Position numbers and translations under genes: made by a program
Shown here: positions 50,670-62,072 of the stretch, piece by piece
How positions within the stretch are numbered: position 1 is the stretch's first letter
Layout of the letters: every line of letters starts with the position of its first letter
Assembly: GCA_045542315.1 (NCBI GenBank)
Contig: JAZQKU010000075.1
Location: 3,700-67,699 of the forward strand
Direction: 5' to 3'
DNA: 64,000 nucleotides
Source of the DNA: Eubacteriales bacterium
GTDB lineage: Bacteria > Bacillota > Clostridia > Oscillospirales > RGIG5299
Notes under the pieces: generated by a model
What the model was told of the DNA's origin: nothing
Seen by the model: the letters and a program-made list of their open reading frames with translations, nothing else
Database searches by the model: none

Positions 50670-51329
50670 CTAAAAAAGTCTTTTTGTGTATATTGCTATG
50701 GGGAGAATATCTCCGAGCTTTTCTTTTTCATCATCGGAAAGGGTATTATATACCTCTTCCTTTACCGCCGTGTATAAAAGCGGCTTGCCCGAAAGGCGAG
50801 AGACCTCTTTTGCATAGTCGGCGGAATCGGTTACCGTTTTCGCGTCGGTATCCTCGCCGAGCGACGAGGTGTTTACTATTCCCGTTACCTTAAGCCGTGA
50901 CGTTGCCTCGATGGCTTTGATCATTTCGGCGGCGTCATCGGGTGTTTTCGTAAAGGGACGGTAGCGGCTTATCACACATATCATCTCGTAGCCCGATTCG
51001 GCTATCTTTCCCGCATAACGCCCCAAAACGATGGCTCCGTCATCATCGCCTCCGATGTCGAGGAATGCGTTTCCGTCGTAGCGGAAAAGCTTTTCAACCT
51101 CGGGCGGCAGATAGACCGATTCGAGATTGGAGTTTGCACCGTAGGGAATTACCGCCTCTATTCCCAGCTCGTTTAAGAGGGGAAGAGAATCGGCGGTGCG
51201 GAAAAATGGGTTTACGATGTCAAGGTCGGCAATGGCGGTCTTCACACCGCTTTTTGCCGAATTTACGGCAAGGTTTACCGCAAGGGTGGTCTTACCGCTT
51301 CCGTAGTGACCGGTTATAATCGTGAGCAT
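50670..51329 (-). CDS. P-loop NTPase (MinD/ParA/CooC-like)
   Basis: 219 aa with a deviant Walker A (GHYGSGKTT). It is the first gene of the oxidoreductase operon. Confidence 0.65.
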   Translation of the reverse strand: MLTIITGHYGSGKTTLAVNLAVNSAKSGVKTAIADLDIVNPFFRTADSLPLLNELGIEAVIPYGANSNLESVYLPPEVEKLFRYDGNAFLDIGGDDDGAIVLGRYAGKIAESGYEMICVISRYRPFTKTPDDAAEMIKAIEATSRLKVTGIVNTSSLGEDTDAKTVTDSADYAKEVSRLSGKPLLYTAVKEEVYNTLSDDEKEKLGDILPIAIYTKRLF

Positions 51330-51350
51330 AACAAATCCTTCTTTAAACAG

Positions 51351-51381
51351 TAAAAAGCCCGTTTGTTAAAAACGGGCAGTT
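51351..51381 (-). terminator. rho-independent terminator after ptsH
   Basis: On the minus strand: gcccguuu-uuaac-aaacgggc followed by UUUUU. Confidence 0.7.
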
Positions 51382-51393
51382 TTGAAATGACCG

Positions 51394-51660
51394 TTATTTC
51401 GATTCGAGACCGTTTAAAATAAGCTCACAGAGAGCGTCAACAGCGGCTTCTTCATCAACGCCGTTTGCAACAATATTGATCTCCATGCCCTTGACAACGC
51501 CGAGCGACAAAACGCCGAGCAAGCTCTTTGCGTTAACTCTTCTGCCGTCGCGTAAAATGTCGATATTCGACTTGAACTCGTTGGCTTTCTGGATAAAATA
51601 GGTTGCGGGACGGGCGTGAAGCCCGTAGGGATGATCAACAATAATTTTTCTTGATGTCAT
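51394..51660 (-). CDS. ptsH: phosphocarrier protein HPr
   Basis: 88 aa from the ATG at 51660 (RBS AAAGGTGG). GLHARPA is the His15 site and NAKSLLGVLSLG the Ser46 site. The ORF-track start at 51711 is too far upstream. Confidence 0.9.
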   Translation of the reverse strand: MTSRKIIVDHPYGLHARPATYFIQKANEFKSNIDILRDGRRVNAKSLLGVLSLGVVKGMEINIVANGVDEEAAVDALCELILNGLESK

Positions 51661-52391
51661 TTCATTACCACCTTTAAGAAATAGATATTTTCTTATATTA
51701 AAGTATAACATATTAAACCATAAATTTGCAAGTATTATTTTGTATTTTTTTCACATTTATAAACAACCCGTTTTGTGCAATTTGACAAAATTCGAGTATT
51801 ACAAGTTTAAGGGGGCGGAAAAAGAGAAAAGCTGCGGTGGTTTTTTGCGCTTCGCAGCGGTGAATTTTTCGCTACGCGGAGGGCGCATTTTCTTTCCCAC
51901 TTACGCCGCTTATGCTCCCCTTTTCGGGGAGATGAGAAAAGGGGAAAAAGAATCTTTTTAAGGGGAGGTTTCCCCTATGCTCGCGAGAATAAAAAAGATA
52001 CAAGCCGCCTTCCGCTTAAGCGAAATGCAAACGTCGCTTCGCTCCCTTTGCTATTTCTTATGCGTAAGGTAAGAACTCACAAAACCAAAGGCTCTTGCCT
52101 CGCTCGCATCTACCCCTCTTTTGGTGCGCGTCCACACTCGGTTAGTTGCCCGAGGGGAAGCTCCCCCTCAATAAAGGATCTTCTTTTCCCATTTCTTGTA
52201 TCCCTACAAGAAATGGGCGCCCCGCGCGCAAGCGGAGTAAAAACAGAGCCCCCACAGCCTTGCGCGGGAAGGAAAGAAGAAAAACAGCGCGCGTAAAACG
52301 GGAAAAACCGCTCGAAAAGCCATTTTAATTAATAAAAATTCTATTTCTGAAAATTTTTTGAAAAAATTTTTTTTGAAATTAAAAAATGTGC

Positions 52392-52420
52392 TTGACATAT
52401 TGAAAAATCTGTGGTATTAT
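52392..52420 (+). promoter_or_regulatory. sigma-A promoter upstream of rpoB (TTGACA-17 nt-TATTAT, TGn extended -10)
   Basis: TTGACA at 52392-52397, a spacer ending in TGG, and TATTAT at 52415-52420. Confidence 0.6.
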
Positions 52421-52600
52421 TGTAAAATCCCATAAAATGCAATATAATGCCCATTTGTGCCCGAAAAAAGCGCAAATGTTTTGGGAAAAGACAAAAAATG
52501 CGAGTGTTTCAACGCTGTTTTTCAAAAACCTGAAAAACCCCGAAACCCGCGCCATTGCTTGTTTTACAAAGAATTTTTTATAAACGGAGCTGAAGAACTG

Positions 52601-55600
52601 ATGGCAAAAGCGAAGGAACAGCCGATATCTAAAATGGACCCGGCTGCAGTCGGCGCAAAATTCGTCCAGTTAGGCAAAAACACAAGGGTAAGTTTTTCGA
52701 AAATTGAAGAAATTCACGAAATGCCTCATCTCATTGAGGTACAGAAAAACTCCTACAAGTGGTTTTTGGAGGAAGGTCTTGCAGAGGTGCTCAAGGATGC
52801 ATCTCCCGTTCGCGACCACGCCGAGAACTACGAGATCGTTTACAAGAACGTAACTATCTCCGACACCCCCAAGTACACCATTGAGGAGTGCAAGGAGAGG
52901 GACGCGACCTACAACACCGCTCTCAAAATGACGATCGGTCTTCGTAAGCTTGAGACCGGCGAGGAGATCGAGCAGGAGATTTTCGTAGGCGAGATCCCGA
53001 AGATGACCGAAACGGGTACCTTTATCATCAACGGTGCGGAGCGCGTTGTCGTTTCGCAGCTTATCCGTTCCCCCGGTATCTATTTCAACTATGAGTACGA
53101 TAAAGACGGCAACCGTCTTTACAGCGGTACCATCAACCCCTCGAGAGGTCCTTGGGTAGAGTATGAGTCCGACACCACAGGCGCTCTTTGGGTAAGAGTT
53201 GATAAAAACAGAAAGATCCCCGCAACGAGCCTTATGAGAATGCTCGGCGTTACCACCGACGAGGAGCTTATCGAGAAGTACGGCAAGAGCCCGATCCTCG
53301 ACTCCACCATTGAGAAGGACCCCGCAAACGATAAGCTTATCGGTGCGGAGGAGAATATGGGTCTTAACCCCTATCAGCTTTCCATTATAGAGCTTTACAA
53401 AAAGCTCCGTCCGGGTGAGCCCCCCACGATAGAAAGCGCGGAGAACCATATCAGAAATATGTTCTTCACCAAGCGCTCCTACGACCTCTCCAGAGTAGGC
53501 CGTTATAAATACAATAAAAAGCTTGCACTTGCAAAGCGCGTAAGAAACCACACTCTTGCACGTCCCGCAGTAAATCCCTTTACCGGCGAGATTCTCTTTG
53601 AAGCAGGCACCAAGCTTTCCTACGACGACGGACTTGCACTTGAGGCAAACGGCGTAAACGAGGTATATCTCGCAGTCAAGGGTCCCGACGGCGAGGACAG
53701 AGAGCAGGTAGTATTCGGCAACAATATGATCGATATGTCGGTATTCACCGGAATCGACGCCGATACACTTAAAGCGGCAGGAATCAATGAAAAGGTAAGA
53801 ATAAACGTGCTTCGCTCTATCCTTGAGGGCGCAACCACCATCGTTCTTTGCCTTGACGACGATAAAGACAGAGATAAGATAATCGCAACCGACCTTTACA
53901 CCGTTGAAAAGACGGTCAAGGCAGTTGCGGGCGTTCCCTATGTACTCGTCCGCCGTCGCGGCGAGAAGGACCGCACCGACGGTAAGAAGAAGACCATCAT
54001 CGAGATCGAGACCCCCATGCTCGAGGAGAGCGTAAAGCAGGAGGTAATCAAGGCCGTTTCGGAGAAATACCGCCTTTCCAAGAAGGATCAGCGTTGGCTC
54101 CGTGACGTTTCCGATACTCTTCCCGCCGAGGGCACCGACGCTATAATCGACGCCGCAAAGAAGAGAGTTTCCGAGCTTATCCCGATGCACGTTATCGAGG
54201 AGGACCTCATCGCTTCCTTCAACTACGTTCTCGGCCTTGAATACGGCGTAGGTCAGACCGACGATATCGACCATCTCGGAAACCGCCGCATCAGAAGCGT
54301 CGGCGAGCTTTTGCAGAACCAGTTCAGAATCGGCTTTGCAAAGGTTGAGAGAAACGTTAAGGAAAAGTTAAACGTTCCCGATGCAGATCTCACTCCCACC
54401 GCGATCGTAAATACCAGACCCATTATCGGCTCGGTCAAGGAATTTTTCGGATCCTCGCCCCTTTCTCAGTTTATGGATCAGAACAACCCCCTTGCAGAGC
54501 TTACCCATAAGAGACGTCTTTCGGCTCTCGGCCCCGGCGGTCTTACCAGAGACAGAGCGGGCTTCGAGGTTCGTGACGTTCACTACACCCATTACGGACG
54601 TATGTGTCCTATCGAAACGCCTGAAGGTCCCAACATCGGTCTTATCTCCTATATTTCCGGTTTCGCCCGCATAAACGAATACGGCTTTATCGAGGCTCCC
54701 TACCGCAAGATAGATAAGGTAAATAAGCAGATAACCGATGAGATCGAATATATGACCGCAGACGTTGAGGACGAATATATCGTTGCACAGGCTAACGAGC
54801 CCATCGTCAACGGATATTTCGCAAACAACAGAGTTTCGGGCCGTTACCGCGATACCTTCGTTGAAATTTCGCCCGACAAGGTAGATTATATCGATATTTC
54901 ACCGAAGATGGTCGTTTCCATAGCAACCGCTATGATACCCTTCCTTGAAAACGACGACGCAAACCGTGCACTCATGGGCGCGAACATGCAGCGTCAGGCA
55001 GTTCCGCTTCTCGTAACCGAAAGCCCCATCGTCGGTACCGGTATGGAATATAAGGCAGCGCACGACTCGGGCGTTTGCATTCTCGCGGAGGACGACGGCG
55101 TCGTTCTCAAGTCGGCAGCGGATTCCATCACCGTAAAATACGATACTCTCGGCATCAAGACTTATAAGCTTACCAAGTTTATGCGCTCCAACCAGGGCAC
55201 CTGCATAAACCAGAAGACGATAGTCGATAACGGTCAGAGAATCGCGAAGGACGACGTACTTGCCGACGGTGCCTCCACCGATAACGGCGAGATCGCACTC
55301 GGTAAGAACGTTCTTATCGGATTTATGACCTGGGAAGGCTACAACTACGAAGACGCAGTTTTGCTTAACGAGCGCCTTGTAAAAGAGGACGTTTACACCT
55401 CTATCCATATAGAAGAATATCCCATTGAGCTTCGCGAGACCAAGCTCGGTCCGGAGGAGATCACGAGAGAGATCCCCAACGTAAGCGAAGACGCTCTTAA
55501 AGACCTTGACGAGCACGGTATCATCAGAATCGGCGCAGAGGTAAGAGCAGGAGATATTCTCGTAGGTAAGGTCACCCCGAAGGGCGAGACCGAGCTTACC

Positions 55601-56701
55601 GCAGAGGAAAAGCTCCTTCGCGCAATATTCGGCGAGAAGGCAAGAGAGGTAAGAGATACCTCACTCCGCATTCCTCACGGCGAATCGGGTATAGTAGTTG
55701 ACGTTAAGATATTTACCCGCGAAAACTGCAGCGAGCTTTCTCCCGGCGTACAGGAAAAGGTTTGCGTTTACATCGCTCAGAAGAGAAAGATCTCCGTTGG
55801 CGATAAAATGGCGGGCCGTCACGGTAACAAGGGTGTTATTTCGAGAATCCTTCCTCAGGAGGATATGCCCTTCCTTCCCAACGGTCAGCCCCTTGATATA
55901 GTTCTTAACCCCCTTGGCGTTCCCTCACGTATGAACATCGGTCAGGTTCTCGAGGTTCACCTCGGCTACGCCGCAAAGGCGCTCGGCTGGAAGATCATGA
56001 CCCCCGTATTCGACGGCGCTCACGAGCAGGATATCTCCAAGTGTCTTGAGCTTGCGGGCTATGACAAGAGCGGTAAGACCGTTCTTTACGACGGACGTAC
56101 CGGCGAAGCCTTCGACGGCCCCGTAACCGTTGGTTATATGTACTACCTCAAGCTTGCTCACCTTGTTGACGATAAGATCCACGCCCGTTCCACCGGTCCC
56201 TACTCGCTCGTAACTCAGCAGCCTCTCGGAGGTAAAGCGCAGTTCGGCGGTCAGCGTTTCGGTGAAATGGAGGTTTGGGCACTTGAAGCTTACGGTGCGG
56301 CTTACACCCTTCAGGAGATACTCACCGTCAAGTCTGACGACGTTATCGGCCGTGTAAAGACCTACGAGTCGATACTCAAGGGCCAGAACGTTCCCACTCC
56401 CGGAATTCCCGAGTCGTTTAAGGTGCTTGTAAAAGAGCTTCAGTCTCTTGCACTTGACGTCAAGGTTCTTGACGGAAACGACGAACCCGTTGATATAGCC
56501 ACCAACTTTGATAAGGAAGAGGATACTCCCACCGCAATAAGCAAGAGCATCAACTTCGATGCCGACATCGTTGCGGACGACGATGAGATCAGGCAAAACT
56601 ACCTCATCGAGGACGAAAACGGCGACCTTATTGAAGAAGAGTACGTAATGGAAACCGAATCGGATATGGATATGATGTCCGACGAATCGGATTATAACTA
56701 A
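52601..56701 (+). CDS. rpoB: DNA-directed RNA polymerase subunit beta
   Basis: RpoB signatures [31 protein letters not shown] and GRHGNKGV. The ATG at 52601 follows GGAG. The ORF-track start at 52457 lies in the leader. Confidence 0.95.
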   Translation: MAKAKEQPISKMDPAAVGAKFVQLGKNTRVSFSKIEEIHEMPHLIEVQKNSYKWFLEEGLAEVLKDASPVRDHAENYEIVYKNVTISDTPKYTIEECKERDATYNTALKMTIGLRKLETGEEIEQEIFVGEIPKMTETGTFIINGAERVVVSQLIRSPGIYFNYEYDKDGNRLYSGTINPSRGPWVEYESDTTGALWVRVDKNRKIPATSLMRMLGVTTDEELIEKYGKSPILDSTIEKDPANDKLIGAEENMGLNPYQLSIIELYKKLRPGEPPTIESAENHIRNMFFTKRSYDLSRVGRYKYNKKLALAKRVRNHTLARPAVNPFTGEILFEAGTKLSYDDGLALEANGVNEVYLAVKGPDGEDREQVVFGNNMIDMSVFTGIDADTLKAAGINEKVRINVLRSILEGATTIVLCLDDDKDRDKIIATDLYTVEKTVKAVAGVPYVLVRRRGEKDRTDGKKKTIIEIETPMLEESVKQEVIKAVSEKYRLSKKDQRWLRDVSDTLPAEGTDAIIDAAKKRVSELIPMHVIEEDLIASFNYVLGLEYGVGQTDDIDHLGNRRIRSVGELLQNQFRIGFAKVERNVKEKLNVPDADLTPTAIVNTRPIIGSVKEFFGSSPLSQFMDQNNPLAELTHKRRLSALGPGGLTRDRAGFEVRDVHYTHYGRMCPIETPEGPNIGLISYISGFARINEYGFIEAPYRKIDKVNKQITDEIEYMTADVEDEYIVAQANEPIVNGYFANNRVSGRYRDTFVEISPDKVDYIDISPKMVVSIATAMIPFLENDDANRALMGANMQRQAVPLLVTESPIVGTGMEYKAAHDSGVCILAEDDGVVLKSAADSITVKYDTLGIKTYKLTKFMRSNQGTCINQKTIVDNGQRIAKDDVLADGASTDNGEIALGKNVLIGFMTWEGYNYEDAVLLNERLVKEDVYTSIHIEEYPIELRETKLGPEEITREIPNVSEDALKDLDEHGIIRIGAEVRAGDILVGKVTPKGETELTAEEKLLRAIFGEKAREVRDTSLRIPHGESGIVVDVKIFTRENCSELSPGVQEKVCVYIAQKRKISVGDKMAGRHGNKGVISRILPQEDMPFLPNGQPLDIVLNPLGVPSRMNIGQVLEVHLGYAAKALGWKIMTPVFDGAHEQDISKCLELAGYDKSGKTVLYDGRTGEAFDGPVTVGYMYYLKLAHLVDDKIHARSTGPYSLVTQQPLGGKAQFGGQRFGEMEVWALEAYGAAYTLQEILTVKSDDVIGRVKTYESILKGQNVPTPGIPESFKVLVKELQSLALDVKVLDGNDEPVDIATNFDKEEDTPTAISKSINFDADIVADDDEIRQNYLIEDENGDLIEEEYVMETESDMDMMSDESDYN

Positions 56702-56716
56702 GGAGGGCAATGAACA

Positions 56717-59700
56717 ATGGAATTTAAAACATTTGAATCGATAAAGATCGGGCTTGCCTCTCCCGAAGCAATAAGAAGCTGGTCATTCGGCGAAGTTAAA
56801 AAGCCCGAGACCATAAACTACCGCACCTTGAAGCCCGAGCGCGAGGGTCTTTTCTGCGAAAAGATCTTCGGCCCCACCAAGGACTGGGAATGCTCTTGCG
56901 GAAAATACAAGAGAATCAGCTATAAGGGTAAGGTCTGCGAGCGCTGCGGAGTTGAAGTAACGAGAAATAAGGTCCGCCGCGAGAGAATGGGACACATCGA
57001 GCTTGCCGCTCCCGTATCTCATATCTGGTATTTCAAGGGAATGCCCTCGAGGATCGGCCTTATGCTCGATATCTCTCCCAAGGCACTTGAAAAGGTACTC
57101 TACTTCTCCGATTATATAGTAACCTACGTTGACGAAGACGGCGCAGCTTACGGCAAGATCGAGAAGAAGGAGATCCTTTCCGAAAAGGAATACCGCGATC
57201 TCAAGGAAAAATACGAAGAGGACTTCGAGGCACGTATGGGCGCCGAAGCCATCAAGCAGCTCCTTGACGAAATAGACATTGAGGAGCTTTCCAAGGAGCT
57301 TAAGGAAGAGCTTAACGACGCTGTCGGTCAGAAGAGAGTAAAGCTCTTGAAGAGATTTGAAGCAGTTGAGTCGTTCAGACTTTCCGGAAACAAGCCCGGC
57401 TGGATGATTCTCGAGGTATTACCCGTAATTCCTCCGGATCTCCGTCCGATGGTCCAGCTCGACGGCGGCCGTTTCGCAACCAGCGACTTGAATGACCTCT
57501 ACCGCAGAGTTATAAACAGAAATAACCGCCTTCGCAAGCTCATCGAGCTTCAGGCACCCGAAATAATCATCAGAAACGAAAAGAGAATGCTTCAGGAGGC
57601 CGTTGACAGTCTTATCGACAACGGCAGAAGAGGCAAGGCGGTCGGAGGCCCCTCCAACCGTGACCTCAAATCTCTTACCGATATGCTTAAGGGTAAGCAG
57701 GGCCGCTTCCGTCAGAACCTTCTCGGTAAGCGTGTTGACTACTCCGGCCGTTCCGTTATCGTTGTAGGACCCGACCTCAAGCTTTACCAGTGCGGTCTTC
57801 CCAAGGAGATGGCGGTAGAGCTCTTCAAGCCCTTCGTTATGAAGCGCCTCGTTGAGATCGGCGAAGCCAAAAACATCAAGTCGGCAAAGAAGATGGTTGA
57901 AAGACTCGACGTTAAGGTATGGGACTGCCTTGAGGAAGTAATCAAGAACCACCCCGTTCTTCTTAACCGTGCGCCCACCCTCCACCGTCTTGGTATTCAG
58001 GCGTTTGAGCCCGTGCTCGTAGAGGGCAGAGCTCTTAAGCTCCACCCCCTCGTATGTACCGCTTACAACGCGGACTTCGACGGCGACCAGATGGCTGTTC
58101 ACGTTCCGATATCGGTTGAAGCACAGGCAGAGGCACGAATCCTTATGCTTGCCGCAAACAACCTTCTTAAGCCGCAGGACGGCGAGCCTATCACCGTTCC
58201 CACCCAGGATATGATCCTCGGCTCCTACTACCTCACCGTTGAGAACGACGAGGAGATCGGAACCGGCAATATCTACAGAAACAAAGACGAAGCCATTATG
58301 GCTTATCAGACCGGCGCGGTCGGTCTTCACGCTCCCGTTAAGGTAAGACTTTACGGCGAGTGGGAGGGAACCCCCGTAAGCAAGATAGTTTCCTGCACCG
58401 TCGGTCAGCTTATATTCAACACCCCCATTCCGCAGGACCTCGGCTTCGTAAAGCGTAATGCCGATAACTGCCTCGATCTCGAGGTAACGCCCGCATCCAT
58501 AAGAGAGCTTATGTATAACGGCGCAGGTCCCAAGAATGCGGACGGAAGCTTCAAGAAGCTTGCGGTTGACAAGAAGGTACTTTCAAAGATAATCGAGCTC
58601 TGCATAAAGAACCACGGAATTGCAAAGACCTCCGAGATCCTTGATATGATCAAGGCTCAGGGCTTCAAATACTCCACCAAGGGTGCTATTACCATCTCGG
58701 TTTCCGATATGGTTGTTCCCGCAGAGAAGGTCGATTACCTTAAGGAAGCCGAAGAGAAGGTTGATAACGTTATCAAGAACTTCAACCGCGGCTTTATGAG
58801 TGACGAGGAACGCTCGAGTGCAGTTATCAAGATCTGGGAAGAGTGTAACAAGAAGGTTACCGCAAAGCTCGTTGAGGGCCTTGACGAATTCAACCCGATC
58901 TATATGATGTCCAACTCCGGCGCCCGTGGATCATTGAATCAGATGAGACAGCTCGCAGGTATGCGCGGACTTATGGCTAACACCTCAGGTAAGACCATTG
59001 AGGTCCCGATTCGTGCAAACTTCCGTGAAGGTCTTAATATATTGGAATACTTCATTTCGTCGCGTGGTGCGCGTAAGGGTCTTGCCGATACCGCTCTCCG
59101 TACCGCTGACTCCGGTTACCTGACCAGACGTCTTGTTGACGTTTCGCAGGAGGTCATCGTAAGAGAGCCCGATTGCGGAACCGACGACGGAATCTGGATC
59201 TCCGAGATCAGTGAGGGCAACGAGAAGATCGAGAAGCTCGATGCACGTCTTACCGGACGTACCGCAGCAGAGGATATTATCGATCCCGCTACCGGCGAGG
59301 TGCTCGTTATGAAGAACGAGCTTATGGACGAGGTCGATGCAAAGCGCGTAGTAGCAGCAGGCATCACCAGAGTAAAGATCCGTTCTATCCTCACCTGTAA
59401 GTCACGTCACGGAATCTGTGCAAAGTGCTACGGCTCCAACCTTGCAGAGGGTATCTACAAGGCAGAGGAAATCCTTGAGGGCAAGAAGGAGAAGAAGTGG
59501 GTAAATCTCGGCGAGGCTGTCGGTATCATCGCGGCTCAGGCTATCGGTGAACCCGGTACACAGCTCACCATGAGAACCTTCCATACCGGCGGTGTTGCAG
59601 GTAAGGATATCACCCAGGGTCTTCCCCGTGTTGAAGAGCTCTTCGAGGCAAGAAGACCCAAGTCGGTTGCAATGATCTCCGAAATATTCGGTACCGTAAA

Positions 59701-60574
59701 GATAGAGGACGTCAAGAACATCAAGAAGATAGTAGTATCCGACGATGAAAACGGCGTTATCAGAGAATATCTCATTCCTTACACCCTCAGAATCAAGCAG
59801 CAGGTCGTTGACGGCTACAAGCTCAAGAAGGGTGAGGAGATGACCGACGGCTCCAAATATCCTCAGGATATTCTGGCAGTCGGTGCGGTTGAAGCGATCA
59901 ACGATGAGGAGCTTATCGGCCTTATCGACGATGAATACAACAAGAACAACACCTTCCTTGTAGAGGACGAGCCCTACGTAAAGGTAGGAGAGCGCACCTT
60001 TATCCGCTTTGACGGAAAATACTATGAGTATTTCTACGGCGAGGACGCGGTAAGAAACTACATCGTCAAAGAGGTACAGAAGGTTTACCGCTTACAGAGC
60101 GTTAAGATCGACGACAGACACATTGAGGTCATCGTACGTCAGATGATGAGCAAGGTAAAGGTTGAGAACATCAACGATACCGAGCTTCTCTGCGGAATAA
60201 CCACCAACAAGCAGGAGGTTTACGCCGCAAACCGTAAGATAGACGAGCGCACCGCCGCAGGCGAGGAAAATCTCGTAAAGGCCGAAACCAGCCCGATGAT
60301 ACTCGGTATCACCAAGGCTTCTCTTGCCACCGAAAGCTTCCTCTCGGCAGCATCCTTCCAGGAGACCACCAGAGTCCTCACCGACGCTGCGGTCAAGGGC
60401 AAAAAGGACCCGCTTGTAGGTCTTAAGGAAAACGTTATCATCGGTAAGCTCATTCCCGCAGGTACCGGTCTTGAATACTATCGCGATTGCGAGGTATCGG
60501 TAAACTACGTTGAGCCCGAGGTCGAGGAAGAGGAGCCCTCGGTAAGCATTGAGGACGAGCTTTACATCGACTGA
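56717..60574 (+). CDS. rpoC: DNA-directed RNA polymerase subunit beta'
   Basis: A zinc-binding CxC...CxxC motif lies near the N-terminus, the catalytic [12 protein letters not shown] motif is present, and [15 protein letters not shown] is typical of beta'. Confidence 0.95.
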   Translation: MEFKTFESIKIGLASPEAIRSWSFGEVKKPETINYRTLKPEREGLFCEKIFGPTKDWECSCGKYKRISYKGKVCERCGVEVTRNKVRRERMGHIELAAPVSHIWYFKGMPSRIGLMLDISPKALEKVLYFSDYIVTYVDEDGAAYGKIEKKEILSEKEYRDLKEKYEEDFEARMGAEAIKQLLDEIDIEELSKELKEELNDAVGQKRVKLLKRFEAVESFRLSGNKPGWMILEVLPVIPPDLRPMVQLDGGRFATSDLNDLYRRVINRNNRLRKLIELQAPEIIIRNEKRMLQEAVDSLIDNGRRGKAVGGPSNRDLKSLTDMLKGKQGRFRQNLLGKRVDYSGRSVIVVGPDLKLYQCGLPKEMAVELFKPFVMKRLVEIGEAKNIKSAKKMVERLDVKVWDCLEEVIKNHPVLLNRAPTLHRLGIQAFEPVLVEGRALKLHPLVCTAYNADFDGDQMAVHVPISVEAQAEARILMLAANNLLKPQDGEPITVPTQDMILGSYYLTVENDEEIGTGNIYRNKDEAIMAYQTGAVGLHAPVKVRLYGEWEGTPVSKIVSCTVGQLIFNTPIPQDLGFVKRNADNCLDLEVTPASIRELMYNGAGPKNADGSFKKLAVDKKVLSKIIELCIKNHGIAKTSEILDMIKAQGFKYSTKGAITISVSDMVVPAEKVDYLKEAEEKVDNVIKNFNRGFMSDEERSSAVIKIWEECNKKVTAKLVEGLDEFNPIYMMSNSGARGSLNQMRQLAGMRGLMANTSGKTIEVPIRANFREGLNILEYFISSRGARKGLADTALRTADSGYLTRRLVDVSQEVIVREPDCGTDDGIWISEISEGNEKIEKLDARLTGRTAAEDIIDPATGEVLVMKNELMDEVDAKRVVAAGITRVKIRSILTCKSRHGICAKCYGSNLAEGIYKAEEILEGKKEKKWVNLGEAVGIIAAQAIGEPGTQLTMRTFHTGGVAGKDITQGLPRVEELFEARRPKSVAMISEIFGTVKIEDVKNIKKIVVSDDENGVIREYLIPYTLRIKQQVVDGYKLKKGEEMTDGSKYPQDILAVGAVEAINDEELIGLIDDEYNKNNTFLVEDEPYVKVGERTFIRFDGKYYEYFYGEDAVRNYIVKEVQKVYRLQSVKIDDRHIEVIVRQMMSKVKVENINDTELLCGITTNKQEVYAANRKIDERTAAGEENLVKAETSPMILGITKASLATESFLSAASFQETTRVLTDAAVKGKKDPLVGLKENVIIGKLIPAGTGLEYYRDCEVSVNYVEPEVEEEEPSVSIEDELYID

Positions 60575-60589
60575 TAAATAACAAAAAAA

Positions 60590-60644
60590 TCACCGTTTCC
60601 GACAGCAAAAATGCAGTCGGAAACGGTGAGATTGATATTTTTTT
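60590..60644 (+). terminator. terminator after rpoC
   Basis: Perfect 14-bp stem tcaccgtttccgac / gtcggaaacggtga with a 12-nt loop. A T-run follows at 60637-60644. Confidence 0.7.
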
Positions 60645-60664
60645 AACTAAAACAGAAAAAAATC

Positions 60665-60693
60665 TTGACAATCCGAGAAATATACATTATAAT
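60665..60693 (+). promoter_or_regulatory. perfect consensus sigma-A promoter (TTGACA-17 nt-TATAAT)
   Basis: TTGACA at 60665-60670 and TATAAT at 60688-60693. The ATG of the next gene lies only 11 nt downstream of the -10 element. Confidence 0.7.
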
Positions 60694-60704
60694 ATCGTGA
60701 GATA

Positions 60705-60947
60705 ATGGATAAGAATGCGAAAAAACCCACTGTTACAGTGGGCTATAATCAGGTTATGAGGTCTGTTATCGCAAAAAATGCGGAAATCGTTTACGTTGCC
60801 GCAGATACCGACAGCGATATGCTTGCCCACATCCGCTCGAAATGCGCCGAAAAGGGCGTTAAGACGGAATTTGTGAAAAGCAAGGCAGAGCTCGGAAAAA
60901 TTGCGGGAATCGAAGTGCCCGCAGCCGTTATGGCAATATTAAAATAG
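60705..60947 (+). CDS. ribosome-associated L7Ae-family protein (YbxF/RplGB-like)
   Basis: 80 aa. It occupies the conserved position between rpoC and rpsL, as B. subtilis ybxF does. The C-terminus LGKIAGIEVPAAVMAIL resembles the L7Ae/L30e family. Confidence 0.8.
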   Translation: MDKNAKKPTVTVGYNQVMRSVIAKNAEIVYVAADTDSDMLAHIRSKCAEKGVKTEFVKSKAELGKIAGIEVPAAVMAILK

Positions 60948-60998
60948 TATATTACCGCCATTGGCGGAGAATATAAATATTTTGCAAGGAGGTGTAAC

Positions 60999-61421
60999 AT
61001 GCCTACTTTTAACCAACTCGTAAGAAAGGGCAGGGAGACGTCTGTTTACAAGTCAACCGCACCCGCACTCCAGAGGGGCTTCAACACGCTGAAAAACCGT
61101 CCCACCGACGCATCGGCACCCCAGAAGAGAGGCGTCTGCACCGTTGTTAAAACGATGACCCCCAAAAAGCCTAACTCAGCTCTTCGTAAGGTTGCCAGAG
61201 TACGTCTTACCAACGGAATCGAGGTTACTTCCTACATTCCCGGTATCGGCCACAACCTTCAGGAACACAGCGTTGTTCTCATAAGAGGCGGCAGAGTTAA
61301 GGACCTTCCCGGTGTACGTTACCACATCATTCGCGGTACGCTCGATACTCAGGGCGTTGCCAACAGAATGCAGGGCCGTTCCAAATACGGTGCAAAGCGT
61401 CCCAAGAAGGCAGCAAAGTAA
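60999..61421 (+). CDS. rpsL: 30S ribosomal protein S12
   Basis: [12 protein letters not shown]... and [16 protein letters not shown] are S12 hallmark sequences. Confidence 0.95.
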   Translation: MPTFNQLVRKGRETSVYKSTAPALQRGFNTLKNRPTDASAPQKRGVCTVVKTMTPKKPNSALRKVARVRLTNGIEVTSYIPGIGHNLQEHSVVLIRGGRVKDLPGVRYHIIRGTLDTQGVANRMQGRSKYGAKRPKKAAK

Positions 61422-61572
61422 TTTGCAAAAATTAAAAAGCTTGTCAGTCTGACAAGGCAAAAAGTGCTTTGTTAGGTAATTATATATAAGTTACCGATAC
61501 AAAAGCGCTTGACGGTGGCCCCGTGAGGTCACAGAGTACCTATGATATCATTATATGAAGGAGGGAAGTAAA

Positions 61573-62043
61573 GTGCCGAGAAGAGGTAACGTTCCCAAGA
61601 GAGATGTGTTGACCGATCCGCTTTACAACAGCAAGTTGGTGACCCGTCTTATTAACAACATCATGTACGACGGCAAAAAAGGCGTCGCACAGAAAATCGT
61701 TTACGATGCATTCGCAATCGTAGAGGAGAAAGCAGGCAAGCCCGCACTCGAGGTTTTCGAGCAGGCTATGGAAAATATCATGCCTACCCTTGAGGTTAAG
61801 GCAAGAAGAGTCGGCGGCTCTAACTATCAGGTTCCTATGGAAGTAAGACCCGAGAGAAGAACCACCTTAGGCCTTCGTTGGTTATCTCTCTATTCTCGTA
61901 AGAGAAGCGAGAAGACCATGAAGGAAAGACTCGCAAACGAGATCCTTGATGCATTCAACAACACCGGTGCATCTGTTAAGAAGAGAGAAGAAACGCACAA
62001 AATGGCAGAAGCAAACAGAGCGTTTGCACATTACCGTTGGTAA
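61573..62043 (+). CDS. rpsG: 30S ribosomal protein S7
   Basis: GTG start after GAAGGAGGG. The sequence reads [27 protein letters not shown].... Confidence 0.93.
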   Translation: MPRRGNVPKRDVLTDPLYNSKLVTRLINNIMYDGKKGVAQKIVYDAFAIVEEKAGKPALEVFEQAMENIMPTLEVKARRVGGSNYQVPMEVRPERRTTLGLRWLSLYSRKRSEKTMKERLANEILDAFNNTGASVKKREETHKMAEANRAFAHYRW

Positions 62044-62072
62044 TTTTCTGCAAGAAAGGATGGTCATAAATT

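Noticed and set aside
51740-52398. Short ORFs in the ptsH-rpoB intergenic region (51740..51961, 52048..52296, 52146..52328 and 52204..52398).
   Set aside because: Their translations are Arg/Pro/Lys-rich and low-complexity, they overlap one another in different frames, and no RBS is present. The region is treated as non-coding palindromic sequence.
52670-54274. A 534-aa minus-strand ORF, plus other long antisense ORFs at 54899..55516, 55925..56710, 57419..58330 and 62091..62723.
   Set aside because: All lie antisense inside rpoB, rpoC or fusA, whose identities are unambiguous. The translations are Val/Gly/Leu-rich mirror artefacts of the sense codon bias.
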